This document shows, piece after piece, positions 28,080 to 37,671 of a stretch of 60,066 nt of DNA. The position numbers and the translations under genes were made by a program. Source of the stretch: Verrucomicrobiota bacterium (GTDB taxonomy: Bacteria; Verrucomicrobiota; Kiritimatiellia; JAAZAB01); NCBI GenBank assembly GCA_018898455.1, contig JAHIJO010000166.1:1-60066 (forward strand), written 5' to 3'. Numbering within the stretch: the stretch's first letter is position 1; each line of letters opens with the position of its first letter. The notes under the pieces were generated by a model. It made no database searches. It was not told where the DNA came from and saw only the letters and a list, made by a program, of their open reading frames with translations.

Positions 28080-29279
28080 TCACTGGAACATCACCTTGAC
28101 CATGGAGAAATCATCGTCCAGGACCTTGCTGCCGCGCATTTCCTGAACAACCTGATAGAGTTTTTCGATTTCCGAGGATGACTCCACCGGAGGATGCAGC
28201 AGGAACTGCTTCAATCCTTCCATATCCCACATGGCGCCGTCCAGTTGTTTGATTTCGTAAACGCCGTCCGAGAGGATATACATTTTTGCCGGACGCAGGA
28301 TTTCCACCGAAGCGCCTTGATACTTGCTTTCCGCCATGCCTCCGATGACCATGTTGGGCATCATCAGTTCCGCGATCTGACCGGAGGACGAAAACACAAG
28401 CGCCGGCGGATGGCCTGCGCTGGAATAGCGGAGCTGTCCCGATGATTTATTGAACACTCCGTACCAGATGGTGAAATAGAGGTTGTTATGCTGTTCCATC
28501 TGGAACATCTCATTCAGCGCGGCCAATACCTGCTCCGGCACGCGGAAGTCTGTATTGGGCAGAGTCTGGGAGCGGAGGACATTGAGCGCCGACACCGACA
28601 GCAACGCCGGTCCGACGCCATGATCGCATACGTCCAGGAGATACATGGCGAAATGATCCCGGTCCACCCAGTGATAACCGAAGGAGTCTCCGCCTAATTG
28701 CGTGGACGGCACATATTTCCATTCCGTGCGGATCGCCCCCTCGCTAATTGGCGCCGGCAGGAGCGACACCACGTAATCCGCCGCCTGCTCCAGTTGCAAC
28801 GCGAGGATCTGCTGGCTTTTGAGCAGGGCGTCATAGGCCTCGTTTCTCTGGAGCAGGGTGATATAGGCCTGGGAATGATAGCGGATGCGTGCCACCAATT
28901 CGATGCGGTCCGGCAGTTTCACCAGGTAATCGTTGGCGCCGGCGGAAAAACTTTCAGCCTTGGTTACCGCTTCCTCCTTGCTCGACAGGACAATCAGCGG
29001 CACATCCTTCAACTTGGGATGGGCTCGAAAAAATCGAACCAGCGTCAGGCCGTCGATATCCGGCATCACCAGGTCCTGTAGAATGATCGTCGGCGAGATT
29101 TCCGCGGCCAGGGTAATTGCCTTGGCGGGCTCCTGGCAATAGTGAAAGACGATATCTTTTTCAGGCGCCAGCATTCGGCGGACCGCATCCCCGACAATCG
29201 GCTGGTCATCCACCAGCAGAACGGTGATCGTATACTTGGTCAGGGCGGATGGCGCGGTAGTTGCATCAGGTGTTGACAT
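28080..29279 (-). CDS. Response regulator: WspR-like receiver + SpoIIE/PP2C phosphatase
   Basis: VLLVDDQ, ILQDLVMP, ANDYLVKLPD; then GGD, LDVCDHG, SAGHPP, SDG and DDFS. Confidence 0.9.
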   Translation of the reverse strand: MSTPDATTAPSALTKYTITVLLVDDQPIVGDAVRRMLAPEKDIVFHYCQEPAKAITLAAEISPTIILQDLVMPDIDGLTLVRFFRAHPKLKDVPLIVLSSKEEAVTKAESFSAGANDYLVKLPDRIELVARIRYHSQAYITLLQRNEAYDALLKSQQILALQLEQAADYVVSLLPAPISEGAIRTEWKYVPSTQLGGDSFGYHWVDRDHFAMYLLDVCDHGVGPALLSVSALNVLRSQTLPNTDFRVPEQVLAALNEMFQMEQHNNLYFTIWYGVFNKSSGQLRYSSAGHPPALVFSSSGQIAELMMPNMVIGGMAESKYQGASVEILRPAKMYILSDGVYEIKQLDGAMWDMEGLKQFLLHPPVESSSEIEKLYQVVQEMRGSKVLDDDFSMVKVMFQ

Positions 29280-30300
29280 GGATTTTTCCTTTTTGGATGT
29301 GATTAAGTATGGCGGCGGCAATGCGCTGAATCGGCAACACGTCCACAACCGCGTTGATTTCCACCGCCGCCCGCGGCATACCGTAGATCACGGAGGTGGC
29401 TTGATCCTGGGCGATGGTGTGCCACCCGTCGCGGCGCAGGGCCAGCAGACCACGGGCTCCATCCTTTCCCATACCGGTCAACAGCGCCGCAACGCCTCTC
29501 CGGGGCCAGTGAGTACTGAGGCTTTGAAACAAGGCATCCACCGACGGGCGATAGGGATAGTCCACCGGATCGGGCGTGTAATGAAGAGCCATATCCGGAC
29601 CCACAATCAAATGATCGTTGGTGCCGGCCACAAAGACGGTATCCGCCTTCAAGGTCATACCCTCCTTTGCCAGGATCACGCTCAACGGTGTTTGATTACC
29701 CAGCCATTCCACCAGACCCTGGGAAAACTGGACATCAACGTGCTGAACCACAACAACGGGCGCCCCGAGCCGTGCCGGCAATCCGGAAAGAATCTCAGCC
29801 AACGCCTTGGGCCCGCCGGTTGAGGACCCCAAAGCTACCACGGGGGATAACGACACCAGCGACCGTTCGCGCTCCGCCAGGCTCATCTTAAAGACAGGGT
29901 CCACCATGCCGATCAGATTGGCAATAGCCTTTATTTTTTTCAGCAGTTCGGTGTCGCCTTCAAGGCGGCCCGTCGCGTTGAACGCCGGGGTGCAGACGGC
30001 ATCCAGGGCGCCAAAACCCATCGCCTCAAAAACCTTGGCGGCATTGCCGGCGACGGTCGCCGTCACCACCAGGATGGCGCAGGGGGTGGATTTCATGATG
30101 ATCCGCGTAGCCTCAACACCGTCCATAACCGGCATAATCAAGTCCATCAGGATCAAGTCGGGAACGTCCCGGGCACATTGGGTGACCGCCTCAGCCCCGT
30201 CATGGGCGACCCAGGCGATCGCATAGTCTGGAATGGAATTGACAACCCGGCGCAGGGCTTCCACGGCAAGATTGAGATCGTTGACAATTGCAATCCGCAT
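29266..30300 (-). CDS. cheB: Chemotaxis methylesterase CheB (WspF type)
   Basis: MRIAIVND receiver start, GSSTGG, VQH, YRPSVD and LTGMGKDG motifs. Confidence 0.92.
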   Translation of the reverse strand: MRIAIVNDLNLAVEALRRVVNSIPDYAIAWVAHDGAEAVTQCARDVPDLILMDLIMPVMDGVEATRIIMKSTPCAILVVTATVAGNAAKVFEAMGFGALDAVCTPAFNATGRLEGDTELLKKIKAIANLIGMVDPVFKMSLAERERSLVSLSPVVALGSSTGGPKALAEILSGLPARLGAPVVVVQHVDVQFSQGLVEWLGNQTPLSVILAKEGMTLKADTVFVAGTNDHLIVGPDMALHYTPDPVDYPYRPSVDALFQSLSTHWPRRGVAALLTGMGKDGARGLLALRRDGWHTIAQDQATSVIYGMPRAAVEINAVVDVLPIQRIAAAILNHIQKGKIHVNT

Positions 30301-30336
30301 AATACTGTTCACCACTAAGCTATAGCCATTGGATTC

Positions 30337-30531
30337 TCAACCGTCCTTGCGCTTAAGCATATATTGGACTTTGGCATGATTCACCTCCGTCATGTGCAAG
30401 GGGCGCTCCGTGGCCGTGACAATGGCGCGCGTCCCATTCTCGATACGGAAAATCCGCCGCCGGCGCATGGGAATGAGCATCTGCCCCTTGGTCGTGAACC
30501 GGATCGAATCCAATGTTATCTTGCATGTCAT
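30337..30531 (-). pseudogene. Degenerate AbrB/MazE-type DNA-binding (antitoxin-like) ORF
   Basis: RFTTKGQMLIP..RRIFRIENGTR matches the AbrB pattern; no toxin gene follows. Confidence 0.55.
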
Positions 30532-30547
30532 GATGCCCAACGAATAG

Positions 30548-30680
30548 CGTTTTATCCCAAGTGCTGCGAGTATACCGCGCTGGCGTGGGGAGCCAAGCGA
30601 TTTTCGAGCAGCATTTGGGATAAAACGTTGTTGGACGGAACCACTTCGCGGATTGAAACGCGGAGCGGTTCCGTTCAACA
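30548..30680. repeat. Two adjacent long inverted repeats
   Basis: 30548-30567 pairs with 30608-30627 (19/20); 30629-30680 forms a second stem of about 22 bp with wobble mismatches. Confidence 0.7.
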
Positions 30681-30835
30681 TTCTTATATTCAATTGTTAG
30701 GGCGAATCGTCCCGATGAGCCGTCCGTTTTCTTGCCATTATTTAAAAGAAGTTTTGCAAGAATCTCCCCTGAATGTTTGAAAAATCCTCCGCCATCCTCC
30801 TGCCAGCATCCGCTTCAAACTGCTAAATTAGTATA

Positions 30836-30872
30836 TTGACAATTCCGGACATCAGGCTTATGTTGTACAACA
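30836..30872 (+). promoter_or_regulatory. Sigma70 promoter with overlapping palindromic operator
   Basis: TTGACA (30836) - 17 bp - TATGTT (30859); perfect palindrome TGTTGTACAACA at 30861-30872. Confidence 0.7.
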
Positions 30873-30933
30873 AGTATAACAAGTCATGTATGTCAGCATG
30901 GCTATTGCAACCGGAAGGAAACAGGTTTTTCAG

Positions 30934-32082
30934 ATGCAAAACAGTTTAAAATCCATCAGATATTCCTATTCCATCGTGGAAGATAACCTTGAAAGCCGGA
31001 TCAGAAATGGCCTTCTGCCTGTTGACGTCCGTATACCATCCGAAAACGAATTAAGCAGAAAATACAAAATCAGCCGGATGTCGGCACGCCAGGCGATCAC
31101 AAACCTTGTTGCCCGCAACCTGCTGTATCGCATTGCCGGAAAGGGAACATTTGTCGCCGATTGGAAGGATAGTACGCAAAGCTCGATTATCGGGCTTGTC
31201 CTGAATAACGTCGCCAATCCTTTTTTTGCCCAATTGACAAAGACCATCCAGAAAAAAGCGGCAGAATCGGGATATGACGTGATTTGTTATGCCAACAACC
31301 ATCTTCTTGAGGAATCCCGGGCGATAGACATGCTTATTAACAGGGGAATTGCGGGGGTGGTGTTGGTTCCTTCGCAGGACAGCGGAGAAGAGAATCTGGT
31401 AGGCAAATTGGATAATAAAAAGATTCCGTTTGTTTATTTAAACCGGATTCTGAAAAAACCGGAAGCGGACTTTGTAATATCAAACAATGCGGATGGAGCG
31501 AAGCAGGCCATGGAATATCTTTTCTCCCTGGGACACACACGAATCGGCTTTGTGGCCGCATTTCCTTATACGAGCGCCGTATCGGAGAGAATAGATGGCT
31601 ACAATTCTTTCATGAAAAAGCGCAATCTTTCCGAACGCCCTGCCGTTCAAATCAGCAGTTGCCTGAACGACAAGGGGGGATATGACGCGGGCAACACCAT
31701 TCTTTCTTCTCCCCGCCGACCCACCGCAATATTCTGCGCCAATGACATTACGGCAGTCGGAGTAATGAAAGCCGCGCGGGAATTGAGGATCAACGTTCCG
31801 GAAGAGCTGTCCATAGTCGGTTATGACGACATTGAGCTCGCTGGTCATCTCTCGCCGCCTTTAACCACGATTTCCCAGCAGTTGGAGCAAATGGCTGAAT
31901 CTGCGATTGATATATTGATGACAAAAATAAGAGGGAAACATACCGGAGAAATAACGAAAATGGTATTGCATCCTAAACTTGTCGTTAGAGAAAGTTGTGG
32001 GATAATTCAAGAAAAAGAAAACAATGCCGGAGTTGATTTAGACAGAGAAGGAAGAAAGGTGGAACATGTCACAGATGCTTGA
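30934..32082 (+). CDS. GntR-HTH + LacI-type sensor regulator (AraR-like)
   Basis: PSENEL..SRMSARQA..GKGTFV, then NPFF, IFCAND and LSIVGYDD..PPLTTI; start could be 30886. Confidence 0.9.
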   Translation: MQNSLKSIRYSYSIVEDNLESRIRNGLLPVDVRIPSENELSRKYKISRMSARQAITNLVARNLLYRIAGKGTFVADWKDSTQSSIIGLVLNNVANPFFAQLTKTIQKKAAESGYDVICYANNHLLEESRAIDMLINRGIAGVVLVPSQDSGEENLVGKLDNKKIPFVYLNRILKKPEADFVISNNADGAKQAMEYLFSLGHTRIGFVAAFPYTSAVSERIDGYNSFMKKRNLSERPAVQISSCLNDKGGYDAGNTILSSPRRPTAIFCANDITAVGVMKAARELRINVPEELSIVGYDDIELAGHLSPPLTTISQQLEQMAESAIDILMTKIRGKHTGEITKMVLHPKLVVRESCGIIQEKENNAGVDLDREGRKVEHVTDA

Positions 32083-32102
32083 TATAAGGGAGACTTGATA
32101 CA

Positions 32103-33788
32103 ATGGCGAATTTCGCAATTGGCTCGCTGCTGCCTGACATGCATGATTCGGGTGGGGAATTCCCCTGCGAGGAACTATACGACGTGGTTGTTTATGGCGG
32201 CACATCAGCCGGCGTTGTCGCGGCCGTGCAGACTGCCCGGACAGGCAAGCGCGTGGTGTTGATCGAATCAGGGCGTCATCTCGGCGGACTGAGTTCCGGC
32301 GGGCTTGGCGCCACCGACATAGGCAATAAGCAGGCTATCGGCGGAATGGCTCGGGAGTTTTATCACCGTATCTTCCGCTACTACCAGAAACCCGATGCGT
32401 GGAAATATGGAACGCGGGAAGAATACCTTGCTGCCGGTGCGCGTCGATGGGACGCCGAGCAGGCATGGTGGATGTTTGAACCCCACGCGGCGGAGCGGGT
32501 ATTCAATGACATGCTTCGGGAGGCCAAGGTGCCCGTGGTTTACGGTGAGCGTCTGGACCTGATGAACGGCGTGCGCAAGCAGGGACTGCGAATTGCCGCC
32601 ATCGTCATGGAATCCGGCCGGGTGTTTGGCGCGAGCATGTTTATCGATGCCACCTACGAGGGCGATTTGATGGCCAAAGCAGGGGTGTCCTATACGGTCG
32701 GACGCGAATCTAATGTCTGCTGCGGCGAGACGCTCAACGGCGTACAGCCTCACCGCGAGCATGAACGGTACGCCTGCCATCACCAATTCCTTAAACCCGT
32801 TGATCCGTATATCCGGTCGGGTGATCCGGCCGGAGGACTTCTGCCCGGCATCCACGACGGCGGGCCGGGCCGCGAAGGCGAAGGTGATCGCCGCATCCAG
32901 GCCTATTGCTTCCGCACCTGCCTTACCGACCAGACGGACAACATGGTTCCGGTCATGAAGCCCAAGAATTATAACCCGCTTCGCTATGAACTTCTGTTGC
33001 GTTATTTTGAGGCGGGGTTTGACCAGCTTCCCGTCGATGCCATCGCCGCCCGGATGTCGGCGGGCTTGCCCAACCGCAAGACGGATAACAACAACATTCA
33101 CGCCGTGTCAGTTGACAACACGGGCCTGAACCATGACTATCCGGACGGGGATTATGTCTTGCGTGAAGAGATCATCCGCGACCATGTGTGTTACCAGCAG
33201 GGGCTGTATTGGACATTGGCCAATCACCCTCGCGTGCCCGATAAAATCCGCAGCGACATGCGGCGATGGGGGCTGGCCAAGGACGAGTTTACCGACACTG
33301 ACAACTGGCCCCACCAGCTCTACGTCCGCGAAGCTCGGCGCATGGTCGCCGATTACGTAATGACTGAAACCGATTGCCTGGGCCGTTGCACCGTGCCGGA
33401 TTCAATCGGATTGGGGGCCTACGGTATGGATTCGCACAATACACAGCGGTATGTAGATGAGACGGGGCACGTGCGCAACGAAGGCAATGTCCAGACCGAG
33501 GGAAATTTCGAATTCGTTCCTTATCCGATCAGTTACCGTTCAATCGTCCCAAAGGCCACCCAGTGTTCCAATCTGCTGGTGCCCGTCTGCCTTTCGGCGT
33601 CTCACATTGCCTACGGCTCGATCCGAATGGAACCGGTCTTCATGGTTCTTGGTCAGTCGGCCGCGTTGGCCGCAGTCGAGGCAATTGACGATGGATGTGA
33701 GGTGCAGGCGATAGCATATGCGCGCCTTCGTGCACGTTTGCTCCGCGAGAGGCAGGTGTTGGAGTCCGATGTAAGGATTTCCCCATGA
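32103..33788 (+). CDS. FAD-dependent oxidoreductase (FAD_oxidored type)
   Basis: DVVVYGGTSAG, GGLGATD, FEPH, DATYEGD, YVREARR and SIRMEP motifs. Confidence 0.88.
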   Translation: MANFAIGSLLPDMHDSGGEFPCEELYDVVVYGGTSAGVVAAVQTARTGKRVVLIESGRHLGGLSSGGLGATDIGNKQAIGGMAREFYHRIFRYYQKPDAWKYGTREEYLAAGARRWDAEQAWWMFEPHAAERVFNDMLREAKVPVVYGERLDLMNGVRKQGLRIAAIVMESGRVFGASMFIDATYEGDLMAKAGVSYTVGRESNVCCGETLNGVQPHREHERYACHHQFLKPVDPYIRSGDPAGGLLPGIHDGGPGREGEGDRRIQAYCFRTCLTDQTDNMVPVMKPKNYNPLRYELLLRYFEAGFDQLPVDAIAARMSAGLPNRKTDNNNIHAVSVDNTGLNHDYPDGDYVLREEIIRDHVCYQQGLYWTLANHPRVPDKIRSDMRRWGLAKDEFTDTDNWPHQLYVREARRMVADYVMTETDCLGRCTVPDSIGLGAYGMDSHNTQRYVDETGHVRNEGNVQTEGNFEFVPYPISYRSIVPKATQCSNLLVPVCLSASHIAYGSIRMEPVFMVLGQSAALAAVEAIDDGCEVQAIAYARLRARLLRERQVLESDVRISP

Positions 33789-33843
33789 CCTCCATCGGTC
33801 AGGAGAGAACTTGACTTTCGTAAGCAGGAAAGGCGGAAATATA

Positions 33844-35085
33844 ATGAATACACGAATAACATTTGGAATCGTCGGAACGGGCGGTATTTTTTACGGATGG
33901 GGAGGAGGTTCTGGTCATCTTCCTGCCTGTCCCTGGGTGGCGGATGAAGCGCGCCTGGCCGCCATTTGCGACCTGAGCGAAAAAAACCTTAAAAGAGCCG
34001 CAGAAGCCGTCAAAATAATTTACGCGGAAAAGGCCGCAGCCCAAAGAGTGATAGGAAATAATGAGCTCGCCGACTTGCTCGTAGCCGATGGCGAAAACCT
34101 TAAGCTATACACGAATCTTGATGAAATGCTGCGGTCGGAAAAGCTTGATTTCGTTGATGTAATTACTCCGTGCGAACACCATTCCACCGCCGTAAAGAAG
34201 GCCCTTGCCGCCGGCTGCCACGTGCTCTGCGAAAAACCGCTCGCCAGAACCTGGCTTGAATCGGAGGAAATCGTCAAAGATGTTACAACCGCCGGAAAAA
34301 TTTTACTTTATGGCGAAAACCTTATTTACGCCGATCCTTACTATGACGTCAAAAAACTGATTCAAAAAGGCGAGCTTGGAGAGCTGGAGGCCATGTGGAT
34401 ACCATTCAGCGGCAGTGAGCCGGGCAACTACAGTTATCCGAGGGGCGGGGTGGGCGCATTGCTGGACAACGGAATTCATGCCATAACCCTTTCCTGGTTC
34501 CTGACCGGATTCGACTATGCCCCGAAAAGAGTTAAAGCTCTGTTTCCCGACGGGGTTTCGACCCGGATAAAACAAAGGTTTATCGACGGAGTTATCAAGG
34601 AATTGAACGTCGAGGATTATGCCGGGTTTGTGGTCGAATTCGAAAATCCGGCTTCAGGCCATTGGGTCAACGCCTATCTTGAGGCATCCTGGGCGTTTGA
34701 CGATGCCGGAGTCTTCAAGGCGGTCGGAAGCAGGGGCGAAATTAAAATGGTAGACGGGAAAATTACGGTTACGGATCAGTTCGGGAATAATCATGTCAGA
34801 GATATTTATCATCCCAGCTTTCTCAATATGGGCCTACCGCCCGGATATGGGGGACACCCCCAGCAACTGAAGGCGATGGTACGGCTGGTGAAGGAAAACG
34901 CAACGCCGTTGTGCGACGTGAAGATAGGCTCCGAATCCCTCTCGATCGCTCAGGCTGTTTATTTGTCCGAGGCGAAAGGGAAAAAAGCGGTAACGTTGTC
35001 CGAGTTTAAGGAGTATGCAAAAACGTTCGAGAATAATCATGAAGGCTTACTGCGGGAACTTTTGAAAACGGGAATCAGAAGATGA
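33844..35085 (+). CDS. Gfo/Idh/MocA family oxidoreductase
   Basis: GIVGTG, CEKPL and GALLDNGIH motifs. Confidence 0.87.
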   Translation: MNTRITFGIVGTGGIFYGWGGGSGHLPACPWVADEARLAAICDLSEKNLKRAAEAVKIIYAEKAAAQRVIGNNELADLLVADGENLKLYTNLDEMLRSEKLDFVDVITPCEHHSTAVKKALAAGCHVLCEKPLARTWLESEEIVKDVTTAGKILLYGENLIYADPYYDVKKLIQKGELGELEAMWIPFSGSEPGNYSYPRGGVGALLDNGIHAITLSWFLTGFDYAPKRVKALFPDGVSTRIKQRFIDGVIKELNVEDYAGFVVEFENPASGHWVNAYLEASWAFDDAGVFKAVGSRGEIKMVDGKITVTDQFGNNHVRDIYHPSFLNMGLPPGYGGHPQQLKAMVRLVKENATPLCDVKIGSESLSIAQAVYLSEAKGKKAVTLSEFKEYAKTFENNHEGLLRELLKTGIRR

Positions 35086-35256
35086 AGGAAATGAGTGTGC
35101 CAGGTGAAACCGAGGTTAGCAAGCTGGCTGATCAAGTCTGGCAAAAGGTTTCAGCCCGGGCTGATCCAGCAGGGCGGAAACCACCGGGCCGCTACGGAAA
35201 TCCGTGCGGAGGAGAAACAGGGAATACAAAGCAAACCTAAATTAGGAGATCATATT

Positions 35257-35685
35257 ATGCCTTCTCACCAAAAATACATGGTTAATTATGAGGAAATAAA
35301 AGATTTGCCTCTTGTTTGCCGGGAGGATTTCGCGGGAAATTCCGCCCGAATCCTTATCGGCGCCGGGTCTATAAATGCTCCCGGCTGTATGTTCCGGGCG
35401 ACTTTTCAACCAGGCGGATTTCATGCCACCCATCTTCACACGAAATGCGACGAATTCGTGTATATTCTTTCGGGTCATGGGCTGAAAGGCGTGAAAGACA
35501 AAGTGTACGAGTTGCGGGCCGGCTGTGCCTATTATCTGCCCAGGGGAGTTGCCCATTGGATGCTCAACACTCACCCGACCGAGTCGATTCAGGTGGTCGG
35601 GTTCTATCCGAATTCCTCTGATTTTGATGGAACCGGGTATGAATATCTGGGCCCGATTCCGGAAGGCGTGAAAAAAACGGAATAA
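35257..35685 (+). CDS. Cupin domain protein
   Basis: HLH..CDE..YILSG and PRGVAH metal motif; AGGAG RBS. Confidence 0.85.
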   Translation: MPSHQKYMVNYEEIKDLPLVCREDFAGNSARILIGAGSINAPGCMFRATFQPGGFHATHLHTKCDEFVYILSGHGLKGVKDKVYELRAGCAYYLPRGVAHWMLNTHPTESIQVVGFYPNSSDFDGTGYEYLGPIPEGVKKTE

Positions 35686-35688
35686 GTC

Positions 35689-36684
35689 ATGATGAAAAAC
35701 AAGTCCAAAATAAAAGATGTTTACGAGCTTTCGATGGAGCCGAAATGGCGCCAGGATACCAAAAGGGCCTATACCACGATTTTGAGCATGGGTGACAGGG
35801 TAAAGACCATCAAGGAAGATGACGTGCTTGAGCTCCTGAACGGAGCGGTGGATATTCACGTTCACGCCGCGCCTGATCCGGAAATTGATGTCGGGTGGGA
35901 TCAGCTGGAGATAACAAAAAAAGCGACCGACATTGGTATGGGCGCCGTGGTCTTCAAAGCGCATTCCATTCCAACCGCGGCCACCGTATTTTATGTGCAA
36001 AAGGCGGTTGAGCAGTATGCCCTGAATATCGGGAAAACACCCGCAAGGGCGTTTGGCGGCGTAACGCTCAACCATTATCAGGGCGGGTTGAATCCGGAGG
36101 CAGTGCAGATGTGCGCCGATTTGGGCGGCAAGGTCGTCTGGCTCCCAAGCCACAGTTCGGCCCATCATAAACGTGTAATGGGGGAATCCGGCGGTATTGA
36201 ATTGTTGGATGCTAACGACAAGCCTGTCCCGGAACTCTGTGAGATTTTTAAGATTATCGCCGAAAACGATATGATTCTTGATCCGTGCCATGCCGGAACA
36301 AAGCAGAGGTTCGTGATTATTCGCGAAGCAAAAAAAATGGGAGTGAAGAAAATAGTCATAACCCACCCGAATTGGAATGTTACCAAAGCCACGCACGAAC
36401 AGATGGCCGAAATGGGCGGAATGGGGGCGTATATCGGTCTCTTCATGTACGGCGCCGTGCCTAATTTCAACAACCCGAACTGCGAGCCGATGGAAATGTT
36501 TGAAATTATAAAAACGGTCGGTCCGGAACACATTGTTCTGGCCTCGGATTTGGGCACGGTGGTCAATATGCCGCCCTGGGAAGGGATGAAACTTTTCATG
36601 AGAATCCTGCTCGCCAACGGAGTTGATAAAAACGACATAAGAAAAATGTGCCGGGACAATTCATCCTCCCTGCTTGGATTGTAA
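35689..36684 (+). CDS. Amidohydrolase-fold protein (DUF6282-like)
   Basis: DIHVHAAPD, KAH, GGLNP, VWLP, THP and SDLG motifs. Confidence 0.78.
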   Translation: MMKNKSKIKDVYELSMEPKWRQDTKRAYTTILSMGDRVKTIKEDDVLELLNGAVDIHVHAAPDPEIDVGWDQLEITKKATDIGMGAVVFKAHSIPTAATVFYVQKAVEQYALNIGKTPARAFGGVTLNHYQGGLNPEAVQMCADLGGKVVWLPSHSSAHHKRVMGESGGIELLDANDKPVPELCEIFKIIAENDMILDPCHAGTKQRFVIIREAKKMGVKKIVITHPNWNVTKATHEQMAEMGGMGAYIGLFMYGAVPNFNNPNCEPMEMFEIIKTVGPEHIVLASDLGTVVNMPPWEGMKLFMRILLANGVDKNDIRKMCRDNSSSLLGL

Positions 36685-36831
36685 CGAAAGGAAGCGTAAT
36701 TATTTGATCGAAAATATCCGGTGTTGAATTGCAATGGTACCAAACGATATATTTTCTCGCCTCAGCTCCCTCTCTGTATTATCCTTGCCTTTATTTGTGT
36801 CTTGGCGAAAAAACAGAGAAGGATAAGCGCT

Positions 36832-37644
36832 ATGACAACCATTCATCCCACGGCCATCGTGCATCCCGGTGCGAATCTTGGGAACAACGTGCAGATTGGG
36901 CCTTATGCGGTGATCGAAGACAAAGTTTGCATTGGGGACGGCACGGTTATGGGGCCGCACGTTACTATTTGCCGCTTCACGACCCTTGGCGCGGCCTGTA
37001 CCATTCATGCGAATGCCGTTCTTGGGGATTGGCCCCAGGATGTGGCGTTCAAGCCGGAGGAGGAAAGTTTCCTGCGGATCGGATCGCATTGTATGATCCG
37101 GGAAGGGGTGACCATGCATCGGGGAACCAAACCCGGAACCGCCACCGAAGTGGGGGACCACTGCTTCCTCATGGTGAACAGCCACCTGGGCCATAATGTC
37201 AAACTGGGCGCTTCCGTGATCATTGCCAATGGCGCCTTGCTGGGTGGATATGTGGACGTGGGGGATGGAGTGTTCATCAGCGGCAATTGCCTGGTTCACC
37301 AGTTCACCCGCATTGGCAAACTGGCCATCCTGGCCGGAGGAACCGCCATCAACAAGGATGTGCCGCCGTTCTGCAAAACTCAGGGTCTTAGTCCCAACAC
37401 CGTCGCGGGATTGAATGTGATCGGATTGAAACGCGCCGGGATCGGGCTCGAGGATCGGCTGGCCATCAAACGGGCTTTTGCGATTCTTTACCGGTCCGGG
37501 TTGAACGTCTCCCAGGCCGTCGAACGGATGAAGCGGGAATATCCGTCCGGGTTGGCACAGGAATTCTGCGTGTTTATTGAAGCCTCCAAGCGCGGTATCT
37601 GCCGCTGCCGTGGCGTTTCCGAAAAGAATGCCGATGATGAATGA
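36832..37644 (+). CDS. lpxA: UDP-GlcNAc O-acyltransferase
   Basis: IHPTAIV hexapeptide repeats, PQD, IREGVTMHRGT, SHLGHN, VHQF, KDVPP and GLKRAG motifs. Confidence 0.9.
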   Translation: MTTIHPTAIVHPGANLGNNVQIGPYAVIEDKVCIGDGTVMGPHVTICRFTTLGAACTIHANAVLGDWPQDVAFKPEEESFLRIGSHCMIREGVTMHRGTKPGTATEVGDHCFLMVNSHLGHNVKLGASVIIANGALLGGYVDVGDGVFISGNCLVHQFTRIGKLAILAGGTAINKDVPPFCKTQGLSPNTVAGLNVIGLKRAGIGLEDRLAIKRAFAILYRSGLNVSQAVERMKREYPSGLAQEFCVFIEASKRGICRCRGVSEKNADDE

Positions 37645-37671
37645 ACCCCGCATTTCTCTGAGAAATGAGGG

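Noticed and set aside
29319-29339. Partial resemblance of spacer 3 to cheB (GCGCTGAATCG core)
   Set aside because: Only the central part matches and both ends mismatch; consistent with chance, not self-targeting.
35242-36531. 429-aa minus-strand ORF
   Set aside because: Antisense to two well-supported genes and has no motifs.
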